64,000 nucleotides of DNA from Patescibacteria group bacterium (GCA_016784175.1 JADHVC010000002.1:330-64329), one strand, 5' to 3'; shown: positions 55,355 through 63,215, numbered from the stretch's first letter. Numbers and translations are program-made. Notes: a model not told the origin generated them from the sequence alone.

Positions 55355-56743
55355 ATGATAAATTATTTAATCATAAAAATTAAAAATAGTCAAGAGCTAG
55401 CCTTGTTTTCTGTTACTGCTTTGTTGCTCTTCTTGCTCATGTTCTTTTTGGGTACTACAACGCTCGCAATTAAATTCATCCTAATTATTATTATTGGCTT
55501 GATTCCAGTGTTCTTTAAGAAGCCAATTATTTTTTTATATTTTTTGTTTCTTGTTACGCCAAGTTTACGCGTTCTTACTCGAGATGAACTAATATTCCAA
55601 AATTATGGAATCAATTTTAACGTATTAATTCACTTGTCTCTGCTATTTTACGGATCTTTGATGGCTTGGCGGTCAAGAAGTCAGTTACTAGTTTATGTTA
55701 AAAAGTATCAATTTATTAGTTATTTTGCTGTTTTTTTATTTTTATCTGGTGCAAGTATTTTTTATTCGCTAGATAGGCCAAGTACATTAGATCAGTTTGT
55801 TAGGTTATGTAGTTCGTCTTTTGGAATCTTTTTCTTTGCCTTACTCGCAATAAACACAAGAAAAGATTTTTATAATCTTATTTATTGCATAGTGCTAGGT
55901 TTAATTGTTCCTAGTATAGTTGGGTACTACGAATTTTTTGCGGGTACGGGTTGGTATGACCCGTCGATGAGAACTTATAGGATCGACAGTACTTTTACAC
56001 ACCCAGTTATTTTTTCTGGATATCTATTGTTGGCTATGCCAATTTTATATGCTTTAGTGGAGGACAAGATTAAAAATAGAGTAAAAGTTGGTTTGTTCGC
56101 GTTCTTAGGTAATAACCTATTCTTTGTGATTGCAAGCTTGACACGTGGTATTTGGAATGCAGGGGCTGCAATGTTACTTGTTTTTGGTGGCATAAAGAGC
56201 AGGAAGACACTTGTGGCTGGAATTTTAATCTTTGTTCTGACTTTTATGTTTATCGAACCTCTCAAGCAAAGAGTTTATGATACATTTAGACCTAGTCCAG
56301 ATAGTTCTTTTCAAACAAGACTAGATATTATAAAGACAACCTTTCCTGCTTTTTGGAGTGCACCATTTTTGGGTTATGGTTTTGGTGCATTTGAAGTTAT
56401 CCACTTGCGTTACAATGAAGATGCACGTTTTTGGCCGTCGCTACAAGCACATAACGATTACCTAAGAATTTTAATTGAGCTTGGTGTAATAGGTGCAATT
56501 CTATATCTATCTATTTTTATTTCTTTGTTATTGCTTATTAGAAGGTTATATTTAGGTGCTGATAGTAAAGAACTTCAAAATTATTATTTCAGTCTAGTTT
56601 TAATTTGGATAGCGGCTGGTACAATTTCCTTAAGTGATAATTTTTTAAGAATAGTAGAGTTCCAACAGATCGCCTGGGCTTACACTGGAGCGGTCTTAGC
56701 CTTTGGGTTAGTAAAGAAAGAAAGTACGCACAAAAAAAGATAG
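55355..56743 (+). CDS. O-antigen ligase/polymerase family (Wzy_C) membrane protein
   Basis: At least 10 hydrophobic helices. LQAHNDYLRILIELGVIGAILYLSIF is the Wzy_C signature. Confidence 0.75.
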   Translation: MINYLIIKIKNSQELALFSVTALLLFLLMFFLGTTTLAIKFILIIIIGLIPVFFKKPIIFLYFLFLVTPSLRVLTRDELIFQNYGINFNVLIHLSLLFYGSLMAWRSRSQLLVYVKKYQFISYFAVFLFLSGASIFYSLDRPSTLDQFVRLCSSSFGIFFFALLAINTRKDFYNLIYCIVLGLIVPSIVGYYEFFAGTGWYDPSMRTYRIDSTFTHPVIFSGYLLLAMPILYALVEDKIKNRVKVGLFAFLGNNLFFVIASLTRGIWNAGAAMLLVFGGIKSRKTLVAGILIFVLTFMFIEPLKQRVYDTFRPSPDSSFQTRLDIIKTTFPAFWSAPFLGYGFGAFEVIHLRYNEDARFWPSLQAHNDYLRILIELGVIGAILYLSIFISLLLLIRRLYLGADSKELQNYYFSLVLIWIAAGTISLSDNFLRIVEFQQIAWAYTGAVLAFGLVKKESTHKKR

Positions 56744-56932
56744 GTAACTACTCACTATACCTGCATCACCTTTTCGCTTAGGATGTAATATTGGGCAATT
56801 TTTTACGCACAAGTTAACAAAAATTTTAAATTCGCTTCACTCAAACATAAAATTTTTTAAGTTATATTCTGCTAAAAATTACTACATATTCCATATGCGC
56901 TCAAAAATAATGCAGGTATAGTGAGTAGTTAC
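56744..56932 (-). mobile_element. Foldback MITE-like element, full copy (189 bp) with perfect 8-bp flanking direct repeat
   Basis: GTAACTACTCACTATACCTGCAT...ATGCAGGTATAGTGAGTAGTTAC. AAAGATAG occurs at 56736-56743 and again at 56933-56940. The left copy contains the TAG stop of 55355..56743. Confidence 0.92.
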
Positions 56933-56980
56933 AAAGATAGTGTAGTTAGTCTTAGTAAGAATAAAAATAGCGAATATAAA

Positions 56981-57021
56981 AAAAAGAGGCGATCAGTCTA
57001 AGACTGATCGCCTTTGTTGTT
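56981..57021. terminator. Bidirectional rho-independent terminator
   Basis: GGCGATCAGTC (56988-98) pairs with GACTGATCGCC (57002-12), loop TAA. An A-run lies upstream and TTTGTTGTT downstream. Confidence 0.8.
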
Positions 57022-57080
57022 GGTGGCTTACGCCGCCTTTTGTTTGAGGTTGTGTTTATTTATTTGCAACCACCATTGCT

Positions 57081-57689
57081 CTAGATCTGGTCGGGAAATA
57101 CCCAACCATCGGCCAACGATTCTGCGATGGCCGTGCTGACTTTGTTTTCGACCACTTTGAACCGAATTTCAAACTTGTCTCCTTTTTGGAAGAGCATCGT
57201 GTTTTTTTCACCGCGTCCACCACAAGCCCACTCCATTATTCCCCAATAAGCATTGGGGTCCAGTTTTCCAACTGGAAGGGTAGAGAAATTTACCCCCATA
57301 ATGAAAGATGACGACTTGTCGCGGCTGTTCTTAAATGTGAATGTTGCTGGGAGTCGATCCTGAAAGTCCCCATTTGCAACACTCCGTGGTGCTCGCCAGC
57401 CATTCATGGCTGTCCCTAAGGTCGGGTAACTATGTGCATACATTTCCAACCCTTTCCACATAAACTGGCCGGGTGGATGTATGCCCTGTTTCGTCACGCG
57501 GTTCCAGAGCACTTTCAGCTGGACATCCCCGTTTTCCAACATTGTTATTTTTCGGAACGAATCGTTAATCATCGTTCCGCTTTGCTCCGAAAAGCTTGAA
57601 CTTTCATTCCAGTTCTCAGCATGTGCTGAGCCGGTGAAAACCAGTAGCACGAATGCCATTACAGCCAACACTTTTCTCAACGCTTTCAT
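57081..57689 (-). CDS. Secreted protein of unknown function on a GC-rich islet
   Basis: Signal peptide MKALRKVLAVMAFVLLVFTGSAHA. GGGAGA SD 6 nt upstream. Sampled 60-nt lines are 45-48 % GC against about 33 % in the flanks. Confidence 0.65.
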   Translation of the reverse strand: MKALRKVLAVMAFVLLVFTGSAHAENWNESSSFSEQSGTMINDSFRKITMLENGDVQLKVLWNRVTKQGIHPPGQFMWKGLEMYAHSYPTLGTAMNGWRAPRSVANGDFQDRLPATFTFKNSRDKSSSFIMGVNFSTLPVGKLDPNAYWGIMEWACGGRGEKNTMLFQKGDKFEIRFKVVENKVSTAIAESLADGWVFPDQI

Positions 57690-57862
57690 CTTGGTTCTCC
57701 CTTCAGTTCGTTGGATTGAATTGCAATTTTTTTAAGATACAGTAAAAATTTTAATGATATCCTCCTTTAATTTGATTGTGATTGTAAAGATCGTATTCAG
57801 CCCTCAATTCATAGAACTTAGCCTTTGTTTTAGTATAAGTCAATAAATAGAGGGTTGAATGT

Positions 57863-58585
57863 TTATAATTCAACTACCTCTTTTCCATCTTCAGTAAAAT
57901 AAGCATCAGGCTCACCATTTTCTTCTTTCTTTTTTTTCTTGTTTTTACCTAATGAAAAGTTGATATGAATTTTAGCTTCAGGGAATAAGTAACAAAACCA
58001 AGTGCCAATAATAAGCCCAGATACAAAGGCTAACGCAAGGTTAGCAAATATATTCGGTTTAACTGGCCAATTACTAGTTATTGGTTGATCGATGATTGTA
58101 ACTTTTACTTTGTTACCGCTACCATGATAAATGGTGTGTTTTGTTTTGAGAATATAACTTACCGCTTGCACGATCTGTTCCGCTTGGTCTCTTTTCACAC
58201 TATAAGCATCGATGGTTATAATCCCGGTATCTCGCAATACTTTAGTTTCAACAGTCTTTTGCCATTGTTTCTTTCGTTTTTGCTCATCTTGACTAAAATT
58301 ATCGTCAATTCTAAAACCAGAGTTCATTACATTGTCTAAAAACGAAGATGAATATATAACCTGAGTTAAAATGTCACTTAAATATTGCGCCGATTTAGAC
58401 GAAGTATAGTAATCTAAACTTTCCTTACCTTCTTGAATAACAAGTAGGTTCATTGTTGACCTATATTTTAATGGTTGAACGATAGTTATGATAGATGCAA
58501 AAAAACACATAATTAAAGTAATAGAGATTATATTACGCCAATTTTTAGTGATTATTTGCCAAATATTTAAATTATTTTGTTCCAT
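57863..58585 (-). CDS. Wzz-like polysaccharide chain-length determinant
   Basis: N-terminal TM helix (IISITLIMCFFASIITIV) followed by PLKYRSTMNLLV. C-terminal TM helix (LALAFVSGLIIGTWFCYLF). This is the PCP topology. Confidence 0.6.
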   Translation of the reverse strand: MEQNNLNIWQIITKNWRNIISITLIMCFFASIITIVQPLKYRSTMNLLVIQEGKESLDYYTSSKSAQYLSDILTQVIYSSSFLDNVMNSGFRIDDNFSQDEQKRKKQWQKTVETKVLRDTGIITIDAYSVKRDQAEQIVQAVSYILKTKHTIYHGSGNKVKVTIIDQPITSNWPVKPNIFANLALAFVSGLIIGTWFCYLFPEAKIHINFSLGKNKKKKKEENGEPDAYFTEDGKEVVEL

Positions 58586-58678
58586 TTTTTTGTTAGTATT
58601 TTATAATAAAGGATCCTAGCATATATTTTTATTTATGTCAAGCTTTTGTAGCTATTCTGTATATGCTATGATAAATGT

Positions 58679-59896
58679 ATGTCAATATCACGCATAAAAG
58701 ATATAAAATTTTCTAGTAAGATTCTAATAATCGCTACTCGATACTTTCCTCATCCATCAGGTCCAGCTGAAGCGGTGAGGCAAATTACTAATCAAATCGA
58801 TACAGTTAAATTTGACTTGATTACAATTAAGGAGAGTAGAGATTTATCTCGGTTTGATAGAATAGATATGGTTAATGTACATAGGTTTGGTATTGGAAAT
58901 AGAATTATTGACCAATACTTACTTGCTTTTTTTGGCCATATGTTTGCAAAAAGACTTCATGATAATCGTCAGTATTCGGCTATTTGGGGCATCGGCTCAG
59001 ATTACGGTGCAACTGCTGCTGCTTCCTTTAAGATCAAAAATCCAGAAATCCCATTTTTACTTACCATTCAAGACGAAGATGACCCTAAACATATCAGAAA
59101 GAGGATCGGTTTAGTTGATCCATGGTTTCGGCGTATATTTGCTTCGGCTGACCATATTCAGTGTGTGAACGATGTTCTAATGCGATGGGCAAGGAGAATG
59201 GGGGCAACTTGCGAAGTTAGCATTGTTCCAAATGGAATTAATTTCGAAGAGTTTTATAAGGGAAGATTAAGAGAATTTTACATTGACGATTTAAAAGGTC
59301 GACTTGGTATTACTCCTTCAGAGAAGGTTATTATAACTTCTAGGTTTCCTAATATTACATGGACAAAGAATTTGATACGAGCAATTGCCTTACTAAGAGA
59401 TATGGATGGAGTAAAAATTAAGTTATTAGTTCATGATTATGGTCATAGACGGTTTTTTTTAAGGAGAGAGGCAAAAAGTAGGGGTGTGGAAAAGCAGATT
59501 ATTTTTTTAAAGCAAATTGATCATGATGAAATGCCAAGTTATCTTTGGATTAGCGATATGTATTTTGTAACCTCAAAGGTCATTCCTCCCAATACAGATT
59601 TACTTGAAGCAATGGCTGCAAAAGTGCCTATTTTTAGTCCTCGGGGTTCGATGGCACCAATATTCTTTAGGGATGTTGATACTGGCTTTTATTACAATCC
59701 TAATGAGTCTTTAAGTATTGCAGAGAAAATCAGAATGATTATTGATGAGACCGAATTACGAAATCAGATTATTATAAACGGAGAAAGAGTTGCTCGCGAG
59801 CAATTTAGTTATGAGAAAATAAAAATTGACATTGAAAATATTTTTGACAAGTTGTTTAATAAGGCCAGAAAAAGACGCGGTATTATTAGGGAGTAA
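58679..59896 (+). CDS. Glycosyltransferase (GT-B, GT4-like)
   Basis: ILIIATRYFPHPSGPAEAV at the N-terminus. C-terminal LLEAMAAKVPIFSP. 405 aa. Confidence 0.6.
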   Translation: MSISRIKDIKFSSKILIIATRYFPHPSGPAEAVRQITNQIDTVKFDLITIKESRDLSRFDRIDMVNVHRFGIGNRIIDQYLLAFFGHMFAKRLHDNRQYSAIWGIGSDYGATAAASFKIKNPEIPFLLTIQDEDDPKHIRKRIGLVDPWFRRIFASADHIQCVNDVLMRWARRMGATCEVSIVPNGINFEEFYKGRLREFYIDDLKGRLGITPSEKVIITSRFPNITWTKNLIRAIALLRDMDGVKIKLLVHDYGHRRFFLRREAKSRGVEKQIIFLKQIDHDEMPSYLWISDMYFVTSKVIPPNTDLLEAMAAKVPIFSPRGSMAPIFFRDVDTGFYYNPNESLSIAEKIRMIIDETELRNQIIINGERVAREQFSYEKIKIDIENIFDKLFNKARKRRGIIRE

Positions 59897-59920
59897 GTTA
59901 CTGACCATAAGTTAACCTTA

Positions 59921-60109
59921 GTAACTACTCACTATATCTACATCACTTTTTTACTTAGGATGAAATATTGGGCAATTTTTTACACACAATTTAACAAAAA
60001 TTTTAAACTTGCTTCACTCAAACATAAAATTTTTTAAGTTAAATTCTGCTAAAAATTACTACATATTCCATATGCGCTTAAAAATAATGCAGATATAGTG
60101 AGCACTTAC
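59921..60109 (-). mobile_element. Foldback MITE-like element, full copy (189 bp)
   Basis: GTAACTACTCACTATATCTACAT...ATGCAGATATAGTGAGCACTTAC. Flanks are TAACCTTA and TAATCATA (6/8). Confidence 0.85.
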
Positions 60110-60157
60110 TAATCATATTCTTGCAAAAAGTATGATATTTTGTTATTTTGTAGAAGT

Positions 60158-60382
60158 ATGAAAATAGAAGAAAAAATTAAACAAACATTAGACAATATTA
60201 GACCGGCGTTGCAGGCAGACGGAGGAGATCTTCGTTTTGTAAAGTTTAGTGATGGAGTTTTGGAAATTGAGCTTGTTGGTGCCTGTGCTGGCTGTCCAAT
60301 GGCACAACTTACCTTAAAGGATGGTATTGAAGTTGAAGTAATGAAAGCGGTGCCAGAAGTCAAAGAAGTTGTGGCAGTTTAA
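60158..60382 (+). CDS. NifU C-terminal-domain (Nfu-type) Fe-S cluster carrier
   Basis: IRPALQADGGDLRFVKFSDGVLEIELVGACAGCPMAQLTLKDGIE with the CxxC motif. The ATG at 60158 (MKIEEKI) is preferred over 60140. Confidence 0.8.
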   Translation: MKIEEKIKQTLDNIRPALQADGGDLRFVKFSDGVLEIELVGACAGCPMAQLTLKDGIEVEVMKAVPEVKEVVAV

Positions 60383-60411
60383 GCGTCTTCTAAGAGTTTG
60401 TATAAAAAAAT

Positions 60412-61629
60412 ATGTCAATATATTTTGATCATGCAGCAACAACACCTGTTAGTGAAAGTGTGCTTAATAAAATGCTGCCTTTTTTTAGTGCAAAATTTGG
60501 CAATGCGTCTTCGGTGCATAATTTTGGGCACGAAGCATTATTGGCTGTTGATGAGGCTAGGGGGACAATTAAGAACTTTTTTAATTGTGAGGTTGATGAG
60601 ATAGTTTTTACTTCTGGTGCTACCGAAGCTAATAATCTTTGTTTGAGTGGGATAATAAAGAGCGCCAAAAGTAGGGAAATAGAGGTGCCAAAAATTATAA
60701 TATCAGACATTGAACATCCCTCTGTAATAGAAACTTGTAAAGAGTTGGAAGGTCAAGGGGTTACACTAGAATACCTCAAAGTCAATAAGGATGGGCTAGT
60801 AAGCGTTGAAGACTTAGTTGCAAAAATCGACGAAAATACTGTTTTGGTCAGTATTATGTATGTAAATAATGAGATAGGTTCAATTCAACCTATTAGGGAG
60901 TTAGGAAAAGCTATAAAAAAAATTAACGAAAATAACGACAAGGCTTGGCGACAGGCAAAAGTAGACAAAAGAGGGACACGACCAAACAAAATTGTATTCC
61001 ATACGGACGCTACTCAAGCTATACGGTACTTAAATTGCGATATGGACTGGAACTATATTGATGCTTTAACTTTTTCTGGGCATAAAATATATGGACCAAA
61101 AGGAATCGGAGCTTTAATTTGCAAAGCCAATGTTGAAATTGAACCTATAATTTTTGGAGGCGGTCAAGAAGGTGGTAAGCGATCAGGTACGCTAAATGTG
61201 CCTGGTATTGTTGGTTTAGGTAAATCGATCGACGATATTAAGAAATTTAGCCAGCCAATGGATTTAAAGAAAATCGAAGATCTTAGACAATCGTTGGTTG
61301 ACAAAATAAGTTCCGAATTTTTTGATATTGTATTAAACGGTAATTATGAAAAAGCTTTGCCAAATATTATAAATTTTAGAATTAAAAATATTAATGCCGA
61401 AAGTTTAATGATTGCTCTCGACATGAAGGGTATTGGTATATCTACCGGATCAGCTTGTTCTCTTAGTAAACTTACTTATTCTCATGTACTTAACGCTATA
61501 GGATTAAACGCAGATGAGGCTAGGTCCTCGATTAGAGTTAGTTTAGGAAATGCTAGTACGGAGGATGAGGTTACACAGTTCGCGGCAATATTAAAAGAAG
61601 TAATATTGCAAATTAAAAATTTAAAATAG
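60412..61629 (+). CDS. Cysteine desulfurase (class V aminotransferase, IscS/NifS type)
   Basis: IYFDHAATTPV, HTDATQA, FSGHKIYGPKGIGAL (PLP lysine) and STGSACS (catalytic Cys). Confidence 0.9.
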   Translation: MSIYFDHAATTPVSESVLNKMLPFFSAKFGNASSVHNFGHEALLAVDEARGTIKNFFNCEVDEIVFTSGATEANNLCLSGIIKSAKSREIEVPKIIISDIEHPSVIETCKELEGQGVTLEYLKVNKDGLVSVEDLVAKIDENTVLVSIMYVNNEIGSIQPIRELGKAIKKINENNDKAWRQAKVDKRGTRPNKIVFHTDATQAIRYLNCDMDWNYIDALTFSGHKIYGPKGIGALICKANVEIEPIIFGGGQEGGKRSGTLNVPGIVGLGKSIDDIKKFSQPMDLKKIEDLRQSLVDKISSEFFDIVLNGNYEKALPNIINFRIKNINAESLMIALDMKGIGISTGSACSLSKLTYSHVLNAIGLNADEARSSIRVSLGNASTEDEVTQFAAILKEVILQIKNLK

Positions 61630-61649
61630 TAGTCTCTTTCTCTCTCTCT

Positions 61650-61838
61650 GTAAATACTCACTATATCTGCATCACTTTTTCGCTTAGGATGGAATATTGG
61701 GCAATTTTTTACGCAAAATTTAACAAAAATTTTAAACTCGCTTCACTTAAACATAAAATTTTTTAAGTTAAATTCTGCTAAAAATTACTACATATTCCAT
61801 GTGCGCTCAAAAATAATACAGACATAGTGAGCAGTTAC
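61650..61838 (-). mobile_element. Foldback MITE-like element, full copy (189 bp)
   Basis: GTAAATACTCACTATATCTGCAT...ATACAGACATAGTGAGCAGTTAC. Flanks are CTCTCTCT and CACTTTCT (6/8). Confidence 0.85.
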
Positions 61839-61854
61839 CACTTTCTCTAAGAGC

Positions 61855-62751
61855 TTAAAATAAATTTTGATTGATGGTTTTTTTTAATAGACTTCGAGTG
61901 AGTCGTGGATGTCTTAAAGTGTTTTTTGTAATTGTGTTAATTTTAAAAAGTTTGAAACAACGTCTACCATCCTTTATGTGCTGGAAGGCGACTAAGTTTA
62001 GGTAATTTGCCAGCATTTTTGGGTTTATTCCGTTGTTAATTAAACCAACAAAAGCATTGGTTATATTATTTGCATTAATTGAAATCGTTACTGGTATGCC
62101 TTGTTCAACAAGATCAGTAGACTTTTTTAGTAAGATAATCTCAGGGGTATCCAATGAGATGAAGTTTGGTTTTTCACGTAAAAAAATACTTACAATTGAC
62201 TTATTATAGCTTGTGCTTAAAATTTGATGTATACCGTCTAGCTCATCTTCAATATGTTTTTCGACTGAATAAATATCCTTGTAAGGGCTATTTAAATAAT
62301 TTAACAAGCTGTAAAGAGTAGTCGTTAGTCCAGACCCAGCTTCTCCTATTAGTAAATTTATTTTATCTGGAATAAAAATATTTTCTTCTATAAGATTGAG
62401 TTCTTTGTCTTTAAATCCAATCTTGTTAATTGGAATTTGTCTAAAATTATTTTTTGAGATATTTATAATATATCTGATGCCATTTTCTTTTTTGTATATT
62501 TCTGAGCTGTAGATAAATGAGGTATTGTTGATTAGTTGCTTGCGTCTTTCTGAGCAAAAGTGCATTAAATTATCAATAAAATCATTTTGTTCGCGTGGAT
62601 TTATTGTGAAGTGTTGATCAACTTGTTTGTCGATTATTCGAATATCTAAAACACCATCCACTTGGTCAATATCAATAATGTTTGCATTGCTTATTGTAGC
62701 GTAATCTATTAATTTTTGTAGAAGATTGCATGTGGACATATAAATAATCAT
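61855..62751 (-). CDS. GspE/PilB-like ATPase-fold protein with degenerate catalytic motifs
   Basis: LLIGEAGSGLTTTLYSLLNYLNSPYKDIYSVEKHIEDELDGIHQI aligns by eye with GPTGSGKTTTLY...niiTiEDPvEy...giaQv. The Walker A lysine is replaced by Leu, EDP by EKH, and the His box by NAN. Confidence 0.6.
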   Translation of the reverse strand: MIIYMSTCNLLQKLIDYATISNANIIDIDQVDGVLDIRIIDKQVDQHFTINPREQNDFIDNLMHFCSERRKQLINNTSFIYSSEIYKKENGIRYIINISKNNFRQIPINKIGFKDKELNLIEENIFIPDKINLLIGEAGSGLTTTLYSLLNYLNSPYKDIYSVEKHIEDELDGIHQILSTSYNKSIVSIFLREKPNFISLDTPEIILLKKSTDLVEQGIPVTISINANNITNAFVGLINNGINPKMLANYLNLVAFQHIKDGRRCFKLFKINTITKNTLRHPRLTRSLLKKTINQNLF

Positions 62752-62816
62752 ATCATTGATTTTCTCTAAAGACTATAGTCAATAAAAAATAATCATGGTA
62801 AATTATAGTAAGATAC

Positions 62817-63215
62817 ATGAAAAATAATAATAATGTTAAAGATTTGAATAAGCAATTATTTAGCGGAGCCGTGAAAGTCCTACGTAATAGTTATATACGC
62901 TATTTGTGCTATGTTGCTATTTTGATAAATCTTCTAAACTGGCTATCGTCCTACTATATTGTGTCTAGAATAGATCATGACTTAATGATCCTACATTATA
63001 ATGTAAAGTTCGGTATTGATTATATTGGAGAAGTTGGAAAAATATATAATTTTCCGCTAGTTGGATTTATAGTAATCTTGGTGAATTTGAGTATCTATCT
63101 GTTTTCAAAAAGAGACTATAAATTTTTAGGGTATACACTTTTGGTTGTATCAATATTGGTTAATATTTTCATCTTAATGTCTTTGGGTCCAATTTATTTA
63201 ATTAATTTAAGCTAA
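62817..63215 (+). CDS. Small membrane protein (132 aa)
   Basis: Three hydrophobic helices (YLCYVAILINLLNWL, LVGFIVILVNLSIYLF, LLVVSILVNIFILMSL). It ends 2 nt before mraY. Confidence 0.5.
   Translation: MKNNNNVKDLNKQLFSGAVKVLRNSYIRYLCYVAILINLLNWLSSYYIVSRIDHDLMILHYNVKFGIDYIGEVGKIYNFPLVGFIVILVNLSIYLFSKRDYKFLGYTLLVVSILVNIFILMSLGPIYLINLS

Noticed and set aside
39109-61838. Regularly spaced conserved repeats considered as a CRISPR array.
   Set aside because: The repeats are ~189 bp rather than 25-40 bp and occur in both orientations. They are separated by kilobases containing ordinary genes, and no cas genes are present.
39109-61838. Imperfect palindromes between genes considered as integron attC sites in a cassette array.
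   Set aside because: The elements occur in both orientations relative to flanking genes. They flank housekeeping genes (dnaE, prfB, purC/E, the desulfurase gene). The ends (GTAAC...GTTAC) do not fit the RYYYAAC/GTTRRRY core sites, no intI is visible, and 8-bp flanking duplications indicate transposition instead.
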